IMG/VR virus record: IMGVR_UViG_3300023199_000204
Location: 124,001 to 188,000 of that record
Length of the DNA: 64,000 nucleotides
Strand: one strand, 5' to 3'
The notes beneath the pieces were generated by a model, which had not been told where the DNA came from, made no database searches, and was given only the letters and a program-made list of their open reading frames with translations. This document shows, in pieces, positions 51,808-64,000 of the stretch; positions within the stretch are counted from its first letter, which is position 1; each line of letters begins with the position of its first letter. Made by a program: the position numbers and the translations under genes.

Positions 51808-52584
51808 TTTAATAATAGATATTCTGCTTCAAACTTTATATCTTAATAAAGGAACTTAAATGTAAACGGAATCGATATTTACAGTAGAATATACTATAAT
51901 TTATGGAAAGTATACTTATATTCGATGTTATTATGCTGAAAAAATCAAGCCATTAAAGATTCGTAATATAAAAAAATGATAAAGAGGCTTTTCGTATGAG
52001 CGGAATTTATCCGTTTTTAACTGGTTTATTTGAAGGATTTGAAATTTGCGAAATTATTGAAGTTGAATTTGCTGGTGTTGGTAAAACCAAACCAAGTGGG
52101 TACTATTATTGTGGGAAAAATTTTAGTGACATTATCAAAATAATGGAAAAAAAATGTGGACAATCCTGAACAGAAGGGAATTATATATACAGCTGTTGGT
52201 GGAGTAGAAATCCTTGCTAAAAGAATGGTATTCTAATGGCGCCCAAGCGTGTCTTATGATGTTATAATTAATCCAGAGTATTAACGAAATGATTACTCCT
52301 GATTTTACAAAGACTTTTGCTTCCATAGCAGAAATTAAAGAGTTCTTTTTTGGAACTAATAGTTAAATTAATCTTCAAACAGGATGGAATAAAAGAGGCA
52401 ATAGTTTTCTTCTTATTTATAAAGAGGGGTTTCTTTGGTTTGCGAATGTTTGTACCAATCGTGATCCAAGAAATACATTCCTTAGACTTTTTAATTTCCC
52501 AGAAAGGATTATAACAGAATAAATATTCTGGACCATATTCTTTCTTAACCGTTTGTAGAATTTTGTTAAAAGTAAAAAGAGATT

Positions 52585-54466
52585 ATGAGAACTAAAATGA
52601 AACTAAAAGTTTTTCTTAAAAAAGCTTCAAAAGCTGTTGGTTGGTCAAAACCTGATGGAGTTCAAATTAAGCCAACTATTGATGGAATTCAAATTAATTA
52701 TGATTTGAAAAATCCAAGACATTGTACTTGGGTTAATGAGGTAGAAGAAGCTCTTTGTGATGAAGTAGAAATTTACGTTTCTGCTTCTCTTACCAAATAA
52801 GGAATTTATCTTGGTATCAATTGAAAAGAAAATAAATAACTCCTTTATTCTTGAATATCTTGATTCATTTTTCGAGCTTAGTTTTGGATATAAAAGACTT
52901 TCTACTTGGAAAAGGATCACGGCTGGACCATTTACACCTAATACTGTTCCTACAGGTAAAGAAGTTCTTAATCATATAATTAACGATTTTATTCCAAAAT
53001 GGGAAAAAGCTTTTAGTTATAAAAAAGATAAGCCTCTTCCTTATTTTCGCATTGTTAATTTTTACACCAATAAAGTTGTATGGTTAAAAGTTGATGGTAA
53101 AGTAGTTGTTTCATTTAAATAGGAGAGCATAGTGATTCCAAAATTATTTGGATTTCCTCTTTACAAAAGTTATAAAAAAAGATTGGCTAAAAAATCATTA
53201 ACTCACAAAGTAAGAATATGTTTAAAAGGCTTTGTGAGCTTGATGGAATTCAACTTGGAGATTTGGTAAACGACTGTACTGGGTTTAATTCTCCTGTGTT
53301 AAAAGCGAAACCGATTTACAAAAGAACAAAAAGAGGAAAGGTTCTAATTGATCTAGATCTTACAACTGTCGAAACTACTTGTTCTTTTTATCATTGTGAT
53401 GTAGAGCCTCCACTTAGTGCCTTTAAAATTAGAGAAAGATGTGATATAGACCTTGAAGCTTGGAAGAATGATGATTTCGATTTTTTTAAAGAGTTATATA
53501 ATAAATATAAAAACGTAAAGATAAATCCTGATGGAACAAAAGCTGTCTAACAAACTTAAAAGAATTTATCAAATTTTACATCAAGTTTCTCCAAAGAATT
53601 TATTTGGAGTGTCTCGTTTTGAATTTGAGAACTCTGTTCAATTAGTTAGAAAACTAATAAGAAGTGCCGAAGTTGAGGAGAAGAAAAATGAACAGGACAA
53701 TGCGACTAATTTTGGTTTTATTTGTTATTTTTAATAGTTGTTTTATACTTACTTCTTGTTTCACATCACGAAAATGTAAATGTGATGATGGAGGAAAAGG
53801 AACCTTTGTAGAATGTAATGAACCTCTTAAATATGAACCAGATAAGATAAAAGAAGCAGTCAAATCTGTAAGAACTAATATGATTTATTTGGTTGATAAA
53901 AGGCATAAACATCCTATTTGTTATGCTATTGTAGTTTCTCGTGAAGTTGTTCGGGGCGTCACCACAGTCGTTTGTGATACTCTTAATAATAAAAAAATTA
54001 CTACTTTGGAAGTTCCAAGCGTTAAGTAGAGGAAAAATAGATGAAAATTCTAACTTATGATAGTATTAAGTAGATTGTCGTAAATGTAATTCAATGCTTT
54101 CTTTTACGAAGGAAGATGTGTATGTAGTTAATAATACTTGTGGCTATGCTGGCGAGACTTGGGATCCAGCTTATAAAGTTAAATGCTACAGTTTGTAGTA
54201 ATGGTATAAATGTTTCAAATAAAATTTCTTCTGAGCTTGAACAAGATGTAAGTGATAAAGTTCGCAATCTTGAAAAGAAATCTTCTAATTCTAACTGGAA
54301 ACAAGAAAAACCTATTGAACAATTGATTGTCATTATTCAAGCAGCACAGGGAGAACTTATTAATATTTATTCTCAGCTTTATAAAGTTAATAAACAAGTT
54401 TCTAAAGCTAAAAAACTTCTAGAAGAAGCTCAAGAAATTATAAGTAAATATAAAAATAATTTATAG
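52585..54466 (+). other. Small hypothetical ORFs (52585, 52811, 53218, 53531, 53688, 54140)
   Basis: Co-oriented open frames; 53688 has a signal-peptide-like N-terminus. Confidence 0.6.
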
Positions 54467-54490
54467 GAATGGTAAGTTAAAGTAAAAAGG

Positions 54491-55069
54491 ATGACTATAT
54501 TTTTTACATCTGATTATCATTTTGATCATAAAAATATAATTAGGTATTGTAAAAGACCTTTTAAATCTATTTCGGAAATGAATGAAGAGATAATTAAGAG
54601 GCATAATGAAAAGGTTTCTAATGAAGATATAGTTTATAATCTTGGAGATTTTGCTTTTTGCGATGCTAATAAGGCAAGTAATTTTGCTAGACAACTTAAT
54701 GGGACTATATATCTTCTAAAAGGAAACCACGACAAAAGAAGAAACAAACCTATATCTCATAATATAAAACATCTCGATCATTATTATGAATTAAAAGTTG
54801 ATGATGGAACAAAAAGAGGGCAACTTATTGTCCTATGTCATTATGCTTTTAGAGTTTGGAATAAATCACACCGTGGAGCGTATCATTTGTATGGACATAG
54901 CCACGGATCGCTTTCAGATGATAAAAATGCCTTATCGTTTGATGTGGGCGTAGACTGTCATAATTTTTATCCAGTTAGTTTTAAAGAAGTTCAAGCAATA
55001 ATGAATAAAAAGGAATACAAACCAATTGACCACCACGGCAAAAAAATAACCGACGACATAATGATTTAG
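54491..55069 (+). CDS. Calcineurin-like metallophosphoesterase
   Basis: SDYH, LGDF, GNHD, CHY, GHSH motifs. Confidence 0.9.
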   Translation: MTIFFTSDYHFDHKNIIRYCKRPFKSISEMNEEIIKRHNEKVSNEDIVYNLGDFAFCDANKASNFARQLNGTIYLLKGNHDKRRNKPISHNIKHLDHYYELKVDDGTKRGQLIVLCHYAFRVWNKSHRGAYHLYGHSHGSLSDDKNALSFDVGVDCHNFYPVSFKEVQAIMNKKEYKPIDHHGKKITDDIMI

Positions 55070-55110
55070 ATATTGAATTTAGAGTAAGAAATCCCAAAGA
55101 TTATAAGGGA

Positions 55111-56187
55111 TTGCGAACTAGATTAAGAACAAAATTAAAGGCACCTTTTAAATATCGTACCGATTTAGTTAGAAAATCAAAATCTTTTTTACATAATCAT
55201 TTTAATGGAAATCCTAAGAATAGTATAAACACTTCGTCTATGAGCATTTATATTATTCTTAGAAAAATAAACTCACCTGAAGAAATTAAAAAGGTTAAAA
55301 ATTATATTATAAATAAATTAAATAAATTAGAGTTTGAAGGATTTCCTATAGTGGTATTATCTAATTAGGAGCTTCTGTGTCTAAAAGAAAGTTTTATAGT
55401 ACTCACAAAGTCACGCTTACTGAAGATGAAAAAGCTCATATTTATAGAATTATAGATAGTGCTTTTGAAAAAGTTAAAAATATAAATAAGAAATCTGATC
55501 AAGATTTAGAAGGTGAGGTATTTACAAAAATTAGAACTGATGTGATTAGAGCATCAGATGTTCCATATAATATTCGTCACTTGTTTAAAGGAACAATGAA
55601 ATCATTTTCGCTATGTTTTTCATATCTTAATAAACAAACACAAATGGAGCTTAGGAGTATGTTTAATAGCATTAAAGAAAAACGGAAAAGCAACTCTGAA
55701 AAAGAAAGTATTAATTTTACCGATCTTTATATGGAAATGCATATTATGAGGGCAAACATTAAAAGAATGGAGGATTTAGCGGACCAGGCAAAAAAAGTAA
55801 GTGAGCAAGCTGAAGAACTAGAAAAATTTATTGAAGGTTAAGGAGAGATAAGTGTCAGATAATAAACAAAGTTCTGTTGAACGATTGAATTCATTGGTTG
55901 GACCCGAGGTATTGAAACGTGGAAAGATTACCCAAGGTATTCTAAAAGAAGTTTTGGGTGAACTTCAAACTGAAAAGCTTGAAGAAGCAAGAAAGCGTGC
56001 TCGGGAGCTAATTCGCAAAGCTCTTGAAATTAATGAACAAAAAGATAAACTTAAGAAAGAATTCGAAAAGGCGGATCTTAAAGCTGATAAAGAATTGGCA
56101 AAGATTCTTAACCAGTTGGAATCAGATCTAAGAGTTTCTGCTGGAATGCCGGTGGTTGAAAACGCTGAGGAAACAACAACAGAATAA
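55111..56187 (+). other. Three hypothetical ORFs (55111, 55377, 55852); last is coiled-coil-like
   Basis: GGAG RBS, open frames. Confidence 0.65.
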
Positions 56188-56388
56188 TTATTCTGTATGA
56201 TGATAATATTTCATCGGTCCTCTCATTATTGTGTATAGCACAAGGGTAGGTCGTACTACGATGAGAGGTTCAAAGGATCTTACAATGTTTCATTTGTGTC
56301 CTAATGAACTTATGGTATTCGTTATTGGGTTGCCATTTATTGGTGCTGTGTATTGGTGGATCAAATCAAGATTTTTTGGAGAAAGAAA

Positions 56389-56775
56389 ATGAATGAGAAA
56401 GAACTTAATTACATCGCAAAGACAATTGGTGGAATTCTTGCTAATCGATTTAGCACTCCTATTTAATCCTCTGTAAAAGAAATTATTCAAAAGTCTATTG
56501 ATAAAATTAGAGAAGGAGTTAATGAAATTGAAAATCTACTTTACTCTGAAGCAAAAGCTAAGCTAAATAATCGTTTTAGAAATGAAATTGAAGTTTCTAT
56601 TGACAGATCTGTAGAGCGTCTTAAAAGAGATATTGATAGTGGAAAATTTGATAATCTCCTTTAGGATATTATGAAAAAGGAGTTGGAAAGAACACTTCGC
56701 GATAAAGCTAGAAGTTGGGCAGAAAGAGTTTCTAGTGCTCACGTTTCTTTTTCTTTTGAAGATATGTTTTGTTAG
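56389..56775 (+). pseudogene. Helical-protein ORF with in-frame TAA (56464) and TAG (56662)
   Basis: One frame open for 128 codons apart from these two stops. Confidence 0.6.
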
Positions 56776-57440
56776 GATTTAAAATGAATACTTGGGTTAT
56801 TAAATCTTGTCATATGGAATATGTTGAATTGGAACGTTCTAATTCAAAAGATAAGGCAAAATATTATCCTAAATATGAAGAGCTTATTGTTAATGATGAG
56901 CTTCTTCTTAGAGATGTTAGTCTACTAAAAGGGCTAACAATAATTTCTAATAATTATCCTGCCGAATGGGAAAGAGTTAAGTAATTGAGTACTAAAGAAG
57001 TATTTGAAATAAAAGCTGCTTGGAAAGACGGGGTAAAATTAGGAACTAAGCAAGATATAATTCCTTCTTAAGTTCCAGAAATGATTTCAGGAAAGCTCAC
57101 TTGGAAAGATTTGGCTAAGCAAATAAAGATGGGGGAAAGTGGCCTTATGTTTGGGCTATGGGGTTCCTGTTTGGTTTATATGGAGATGTGAAATACTCTA
57201 GTCAGATTTTAAAATCTGATCAAAAAAAATATATTACTGCTAAACATATGTCTGAAGGAATGAAAAGAATAGGTGTTTAAATGAAAGTATATGCTCGGCT
57301 CATAGAGTCATTAATGATCCTAATTGTAGATTATGTTCAACAGGAAGGTGGGTATTGTTTGATAAAACCCAAGCTAAATTTATGAGAATGTGAATGGATA
57401 GAGAGAATTGGAATAATGAAACATATTATGGAGACAGAAA

Positions 57441-57749
57441 ATGAGTGATTTGCTTAAAAAAGTCAAAAATATTCTTGGTAAAGAATATGACTGGATTCCA
57501 GTAAAAATGAGTCGTGTAAAAAATGGAGAGGCTCTAAGAACAGATGTTATTGAAGGAGTAACAATTAATGGTTTGCTAGAAAAAGGGAAATCTTTTTTCG
57601 TTTATGGTGAGTCGTTGGCTCACAATGGTGCGATGAGATCCGTTAATACATCTCCAATCGTTGAAATTAAAGAGGTTAATGATTATAAGTTGATAACAAC
57701 AGCTTCTGGCAGTATATATAAAATTGAAATTATTGAAGGAAGTAATTAA
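57441..57749 (+). CDS. Hypothetical protein
   Basis: GGAG RBS, open frame. Confidence 0.75.
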   Translation: MSDLLKKVKNILGKEYDWIPVKMSRVKNGEALRTDVIEGVTINGLLEKGKSFFVYGESLAHNGAMRSVNTSPIVEIKEVNDYKLITTASGSIYKIEIIEGSN

Positions 57750-57755
57750 ATAGAT

Positions 57756-57829
57756 GGGGCTATAGTTTAACGGTTTAAAGCAAACGCCTCATAAGCGTTC
57801 TATTCTAGGTTTAAATCCTAGTAGTCCCA
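57756..57829 (+). tRNA. tRNA with CAT anticodon, degenerate T-loop (TTTAAAT); no encoded CCA
   Basis: GGGGCTA/TAGTCCC, AACGC-CTCATAA-GCGTT. Confidence 0.85.
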
Positions 57830-57846
57830 AACTTGAAAGGAAAGAA

Positions 57847-59792
57847 ATGAACAATATTAAGGAAAAGACGAGCAACATTGATTTTATTAATGAAGAAGAT
57901 AATTTTAAATCAATATATCTTGAATGTTCTTGCCAAGATAGAAGTCATCTAGTTGTTATTTCTAGAGATTTTGAACATAATTATTTGTACATTGAAGTTC
58001 AACTTAATTCTTACCACGGATTTTTTAAGCGTCTTTGGTTGGGTTTGAAATATATTTTTAATAAAAACTTTAATAATGGTATGTGGGACTGCTCTTTGCT
58101 TAATAAAAGTGAAGCAGAGCAAGTTAAAAGTTTTCTTGAAAGCAAATCTTAATAGCTATTATTGTAGCCTGCCTCCTTCTGGATGCGGGCTACAGGTGTT
58201 TGTAAATTTCGCCATAACGCGGGCAAAGTTATAAGTATTTTAAGGTTAGGAATTAAACAGTGAAAATTATTCAAAATAGTTATGTTGAAGAAATAGTTCG
58301 TTATATTAGAAACTTTTCTTGGGCAGATCAAGATGATCCTTATTATGGTTTCTGTTTTGATTCTGATGAAAATGGAAATGTTGATATTGATAATCTAAGT
58401 TCCTGTGCTAGGAATAATTATGAAAAATGTATTAATGGAGAACATAATGTAGTTGATTTGGGAGTTAAAAAACTTGTTCATAATTATAAACACCCAAAAA
58501 TTGGACTTTGTGATTGTGGGGAGGCGATTTTTCTCGATAGTTTTACAAATACTTGTGAATGTGGAGTTGATTATAATTCAAGTGGCCAAAAGTTGGCTGA
58601 TCGTAGCCAATGGGGCGAAGAAACCAATGAACATTGGACGGAGTGTTATTAATGTCTGAAGATAAGATAAGAAAAGTTTCTATTGCTAGAAAGGACTTTA
58701 ATAGTGAAATTCAAAACCTTTATGAAATGGCTCAGTCTGTTAGATGTTTAGGACTGGATAGTATGACAGATGAGCTTGGGGCTAGTATAAAAATTCTTAA
58801 TGATTTTTGTAATGAACTATATCAGGCTTGGTCAGACGAACTAGGTAATAGATGTGATGATGCTAAAAGAAGTCTTGGAAACGTCCTAAGTGCTGTTCTT
58901 AATTCAAATCTTCCTAAAATTGAGGATGAATAAAATGTCAAGAAAATTTTGTATGCATTGTTTGCGTAGCATCAATATTCTCGCTGGTAGATGTCCTTAT
59001 TGTCGTTCAGAAGAGCAAGGCGTTCTAGGAAGAATCCTTGTTTATTTGGCAATTTTGGGTACATTGGTTTATTTTGCTTACAACCTAACATAAAGGAAAT
59101 TTCAAGTGCCTGAAAATAAGAAACATTTTTTTGATATGACCGTTAAAGAAAGAAAAGAATCATTTAAAAATCTTAGTGAAAAGCTTATTAGAAAGAAAAA
59201 ACGGGAAGAAATAACTACAGTGATTGGTTTTGTTTTTCTATTTTTTATTTCTATAGGAGCAATAACATTTGTAGGTTATTTTATGTATCTAGTAGTTGTA
59301 GCACTACAAAAATATATTGGCGGATAATATTTATAAGTAAGGAAAATTTCAAAATCTTTGAAAGGTAATTGACATGAGAGTTTTTTCTATTAAACACAAT
59401 GGTAGTTGGCCTTATAATGATACAAGTGTTGTAGTTGCGAAAAATGAAGAGGAAGCAAAGAAGCTTCTTCGCGAAGCATTTGTAATTAAATATCAAGTAG
59501 AGATTAAAATAACAGAAATATCTGAGATTAAAACAACTCAATCGGCAGCTTACATTAATAGTAAATAATTATGTTTAAAGTTGGTGATAGAGTTATTAAT
59601 TGGAGAAGCGGTGAAAAAAGTGGGCTTTGTTCTATTGAACAAACAACGGGATGTATAGGATTTATTAAAGAAATTAATGAATACGAAACTTGTTTTGGGA
59701 CAGCTTATAAAAAATTTGTTGTAAAGTATGATTCGGGAGATATTATTGAACATTTGTCTCTTCAACTCTATCCATATCCTCCTTATAAATGA
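57847..59792 (+). other. Small hypothetical ORFs (57847, 58260, 58652, 58923, 59106, 59374, 59571)
   Basis: Packed open frames; several CxxC zinc-ribbon motifs. Confidence 0.65.
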
Positions 59793-59920
59793 GAATATAA
59801 ATATTTAAAAAATTTGATAGAAATTTTCGCAAACTTAAAACTTTTGAAGATTATAACGAGCTTGACCCACCGTATGAAGTTAAGGTTGAGCAACCTCCAG
59901 AGGTTCCTTATGATAAACAA

Positions 59921-60514
59921 ATGATTTTAAGGATGCTAGTAAGACCAAAATGTGGTGAGTTTAAAATTCCAGAAGAACTTTATTGGCTTAGGAGAAGTAT
60001 TAAGCAAATAGCAATTTATGATTATCTTCTGTCTGGAATAAAACACAGATGGTGTTATGTTACTGTAAGACACGGTCCACTTTGCTCTGAGACTGATGAT
60101 GAATGGCATTTTGACGGAGCATCGTTTAGGACAGATATTATACTAGAAAGAAATTATATTTGGACAAATCATACTCCACCAGAATATAAATTAGGAAGTT
60201 TGAAATTTCCTAATGATTTTGATCCAGTAAAACATAATTTGTTTTCATTTGCCAAAGAACAAACTAAATATGATATAATTCGAACAGCTCAAGAAAAAAC
60301 TTGGTTGCTTATGAAACCATTTTGTTTTCATAGAAGACAAGGAATTAAACGTGGAACTAAAAGAACTTTTATTAGAATTTCTTTTCCAGATATTGAGGTA
60401 AGGGACAAAAATAATACTCCAAACCCTTTGCTTTCAACACCCGCTTTTAATAGAGACCCAGTGAAATCATTTAGAAATACTCTTAAAGAGTATTATGAGG
60501 AAAAAAGAATTTAA
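59921..60514 (+). CDS. Hypothetical protein, possibly 2OG-Fe(II) dioxygenase-like
   Basis: WHFDG (HxD)...FHRR...RTFIRISF spacing. Confidence 0.45.
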   Translation: MILRMLVRPKCGEFKIPEELYWLRRSIKQIAIYDYLLSGIKHRWCYVTVRHGPLCSETDDEWHFDGASFRTDIILERNYIWTNHTPPEYKLGSLKFPNDFDPVKHNLFSFAKEQTKYDIIRTAQEKTWLLMKPFCFHRRQGIKRGTKRTFIRISFPDIEVRDKNNTPNPLLSTPAFNRDPVKSFRNTLKEYYEEKRI

Positions 60515-60552
60515 TTAAATTTTAATTCTCCAAAAACAAATTAAGGATTTGT

Positions 60553-61906
60553 ATGAAATATGAAATATTATCAATAGTGAGATGCGAGGGCTCTAATGCT
60601 TTAAAATCTGGTTGGAAAGCGAATGTAAAATGGTTTCCTAAAAGGAAATGGCTAATAGGTAAAAAACGAAAACCAGTTATAATTACTTATTATAGCTTTA
60701 CTGGACTTTTGTGGTATGATAAAAACGGAACAGAATTATATTCTATTTCTGAATTATCTAATATACTTAGTAAAAAAACTAAAGGAATGGAAACATTAAC
60801 TAATATGAAAGAATTTATTGAATCTCATGAACAAAGTAATGAGAACCTCCCGAAAATAAAGAAAATTTATACACATTTGTGTCCAAGATATAAAGAAGAA
60901 GTGACAAAAATATATAGGTAATTTATAATGAAAAAGAAATTTCGCGACCTTTGCCTTGATAAAGAAATTTGGAAATATCGTATTCACAGAAGTGGTGTTT
61001 CCATAATTTCTCCTGAAAATAAAAAAGTATTTATTGAGGTAGTAGAATTTCTCAATACAATTCGTTTTGATGGACATTCATTTTGGAATAATAACTCTCT
61101 TGATAGGGCAGAAGAGAAAGGATATTATCCAAAGCTTGGTCCAGGAAATATAAAAGAATATATTCTTCAAACTTTTAAAGGAAAGTGAAATGGACAAAAA
61201 GGAATTGGAAATTGTTTTACTAGATGGTTATGGAATTATTAGAGATTTTCCTAATGCAATTGTAAGTATTCATAATCATAAGTATCTCAAAACACCTCGT
61301 GATGAAATTTATATATCAGTTGTTGATAGGACACTTAATAAGAAAATTAATTATATCGATCACGAATTTTCAATTGATCATATAGAAGAAGCGGTGGGAA
61401 AGTTTTTTTTTCATTTGTAATAAGTTTTCAAATGGAGAGGTTATTCCAGATAATGATGCTTATATTATTGTTCTGGTTAAAAACAACAACACAACTTCTA
61501 TGAGGCAAGTTATTATCCAAAATTATGCTGATAAAAATGATGCTATAAGTCAAGCTACTGTTCAAGCTCAAGATATGGGCTGGGAAGTTCTTGATTGTGT
61601 AGCCCTAAGACCTCTTGATATTATGGATGGAGTGCCTACTCTTCCTTATCAGTCTACTGTAAATAATATGAATAAAAGAGATAAATAATGAAAAGACTAT
61701 TATATTTAATGCCTGGTGATATTTTTTTAAAAGCAGGAAATAATGAATATTTTGTGTTTCTTAATAGACCAAATGGTTCTATAGAATGCGAATGTTTATG
61801 TTTAACTGATTATGGAAGTGGATATAAAACTTATAAACTTAATAGTTCTATTGAAGTAGAAGTTATGGGCAAGTTGCCAAAAACTTTTTCTTCCTTTTCT
61901 TTTTAA
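60553..61906 (+). other. Small hypothetical ORFs (60553, 60928, 61190-61688 joined by a T-run frameshift, 61688)
   Basis: Removing one T at about 61403 fuses 61190 and 61500 frames. Confidence 0.6.
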
Positions 61907-61915
61907 GGAAAATTA

Positions 61916-62324
61916 ATGTTTGAAAAAGCAAGAACATATGTTTGGGTTGAAAAAAATAATTGGAACAGTTCCAAAACTATTGAATTTCTTGGAACAATTC
62001 CAAAACTTTACCAAAATATTTCTTGAGAAGATGCTGTTAAAATAATAAAAGAGCATATTCAAGAAGATTATAATTTTAATGATATTGCTCTTGGAAATCT
62101 TGAAACTTTTATTGAGAGATTAATATCAAATAAATTTAATAATATATAAAGGAGTTATAATGTTTTTCTTTGGTCTTTTAATTATTATTTGTATTTTAAT
62201 TGCGATGGTTTATGATGCTAATTCAAATGGAATGAAAGTATTTTGAGGAGTTTGTTCATTTTTAACAACTTGTTTGACCGTATTTCTTTGGATGGTTAAA
62301 TATCATTTAATTTATTTGAAATAA
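61916..62324 (+). pseudogene. Two adjacent small ORFs (61916-62149, 62160-62324), each with one in-frame TGA (62024, 62244)
   Basis: RBS AAGGA/AAGGAG; Trp fits the contexts IS*ED and VF*GV. Confidence 0.6.
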
Positions 62325-62331
62325 AATAAAT

Positions 62332-62413
62332 GCTGGGATGGCGTAAATGGTAGCCGCGACGGACTTAAAATCCGTTGTCTTCGGGCGTGGGGGTTCGAAT
62401 CCCCCTCCCAGTA
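62332..62413 (+). tRNA. tRNA-Leu(TAA); no encoded CCA
   Basis: GCTGGGA/TCCCAGT, ACGGA-CTTAAAA-TCCGT, variable arm, GGTTCGAATCC. Confidence 0.95.
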
Positions 62414-62432
62414 AAACTTATAAAGGATTATA

Positions 62433-62963
62433 ATGATCAAAAAAAGAAAATTTATTCCAGCTTTAATTGACATCAAAACTAACAAGATTCACGATCGATC
62501 TAGAGAAGCAAAGCTTATAGCAAAATTTAATACTATTAAAGACCCGTCAAATTTTAATAAATATGAAAAATTAAGTATTGACGCTATCAAAAGTAAATGT
62601 AAGATAGTAGATAAAATTCCTGATGGAGCTATTTGTTGTGGAATTAGAAAGTCTTACACTGATAGACATTATGTTCTTTTCAAATCTCCTGATGGAATAC
62701 ATTATTAATTCTCTATTAAAGAGTTCAATAAATTAATTACTGGAATGCTTTTATTTAACTCGCCAGGTTTTGTTAGTCTCGCGGGCAAAATATTAATTGC
62801 TGTTGATGAGAGCACTGTATTTACAAAGCCAGTAGAAGAGAACCTTAAAGAACATTATAAAGTTCTATACGATGCTATTTCTGACAAAGATGAAAACACT
62901 ATTGAAGAAGTAATTAATGCCATCTTAGGAGAGAATAAGGAACGAATTAATGGAAAAGATTAG
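62433..62963 (+). other. Two small hypothetical ORFs (62433-62708, 62745-62963)
   Basis: Open frames. Confidence 0.6.
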
Positions 62964-63169
62964 AATGTTTGTAGTTTCTTGGATTGAGGAGAGTGGAAAA
63001 TGAGGATGGAATATAAAAATAAATATGATACTGAAAGTATTTTAACTAAATACGAATTATCTTCTGCGTATGAAGTAGAGGGTGCTGCGTGGAGAGCAGA
63101 CTTTCTTTATAAAATAGAAGTCGTATAAGATATATCTTTGGTTTATAAGGAGGGGGGGGTGTAGTATTT

Positions 63170-63230
63170 TCTCGGCGGCTGTCATTAATAACTTACCGAA
63201 GTTTTGCCGCGAGTCAAATTTTTTTTTTCT
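63170..63230 (+). terminator. Possible terminator or attenuator
   Basis: CTCGGCGGC...GCCGCGAG stem with long loop, followed by a T run. Confidence 0.5.
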
Positions 63231-63257
63231 TAGACAGATATTATAAAGGAAGGGAGT

Positions 63258-63539
63258 ATGTATAGAGATAATGAAATAGCAAATAATGAATTATGTGAAA
63301 CATTAAAGAAAGAAAATATTAAACTAATAAATGAAAATTCTGTTCTAAAAAGAAACATAAAGAAAAATTCAAAAAGAAAGAAATTTAAATTGAGCGATAA
63401 TCTTAAACACACGATTCTTGGCATTGTTGGAATTTTGGCGGCACTTGTTTTTTTTAGGGTTCCTTGTGATTAAAGGAACTAGTTGTGAATCTAAAAAAGA
63501 AAATAGTAATATTTGGGCAAAAATGTATAGAAGTTACTA
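63258..63539 (+). CDS. Coiled-coil membrane protein, probably frameshifted in a T-run near 63447
   Basis: Removing one T extends the hydrophobic helix (LVFLGFLVIKG...). Confidence 0.5.
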
Positions 63540-64000
63540 AAAACCCGGAAGTTTGTCGCAAGCAACTGGAGAAGTTGAAGTAAAATGAAAATAATTTGGT
63601 ATATGAATAATGGTTGTTATTCTGAATACTGTGATGGAGAACTAATTATTTTTAATAAAAAGGGAGAAATAATTGATAGTATTATGACATCACTTGATGA
63701 TGTCCCAAATCATTTACTCTATTATTAATCTTTACTTTAAAGAAAAATAAAAAAATGACTAGAAGAAACTACAACAATAAGTCTAAACCGATTTCTTTTT
63801 CTTATGATGCTAAGATAAAATGGCTTACTTTTCTTATTAAAAATCCTGTTTCTTACGAAGCAGGATTAAGAGCATCGTTTTCTAAATATCATCCGATGTA
63901 TAAAGATCTAGTTAATCTGCTCTCAAATATTTATAAAAGAAATCGAGTAGAAGTTCTTAAAGAACAATTGAAAGTAGTTTTGCTTGAAAAACAACTAGAA

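Noticed and set aside
56193-56270. Hammerhead ribozyme
   Set aside because: CTGTATGA is not CUGANGA, and the GAAA core is missing.
46297-62324. Stop-codon reassignment (alternative genetic code)
   Set aside because: All three stop types appear in-frame, all terminate normal genes, long core genes have none, and no suppressor tRNA is seen.
33960-63450. Homopolymer frameshifts (about 33968, 44140, 61403, 63447) as programmed recoding
   Set aside because: No stimulatory structures seen; sequencing slippage or decay is simpler.

Overview
A 64-kb piece of a large, AT-rich dsDNA (jumbo-type) bacteriophage genome; all credible genes are on the + strand and use the standard code. 1-27.5 kb is core and metabolic: DnaB helicase, a complete PrkA(YeaG)-YeaH-SpoVR(YcgB) operon carrying three inteins, a YspA/SLOG protein, a sigma-70-type factor, intein-containing class II RNR, PIN-PhoH, two probable virion proteins, MetAP, a splicing-dead intein-derived LAGLIDADG gene, Tmk, an amidase and ThyX. 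23.6-34.2 kb holds about 17 small ORFs sharing an N-terminal MK-x-IN(S/T) motif. A G-depleted non-coding junction at about 34.2-34.75 kb is followed by an early-like accessory region with GC-rich genes, about 20 copies of a 'hairpin-N8-TTCGA' element, five tRNAs, two non-canonical tRNA-shaped RNAs, a solitary type I-G-like CRISPR repeat and a family of 69-bp repeat genes. The most striking signal is a ~200-nt non-coding element (40504-40706) that reproduces the L11-binding GTPase-associated centre (H43-H44) of 23S rRNA, split by two structured insertions. No searches or folding programs were run; family names and reference sequences are from motif recognition and memory.
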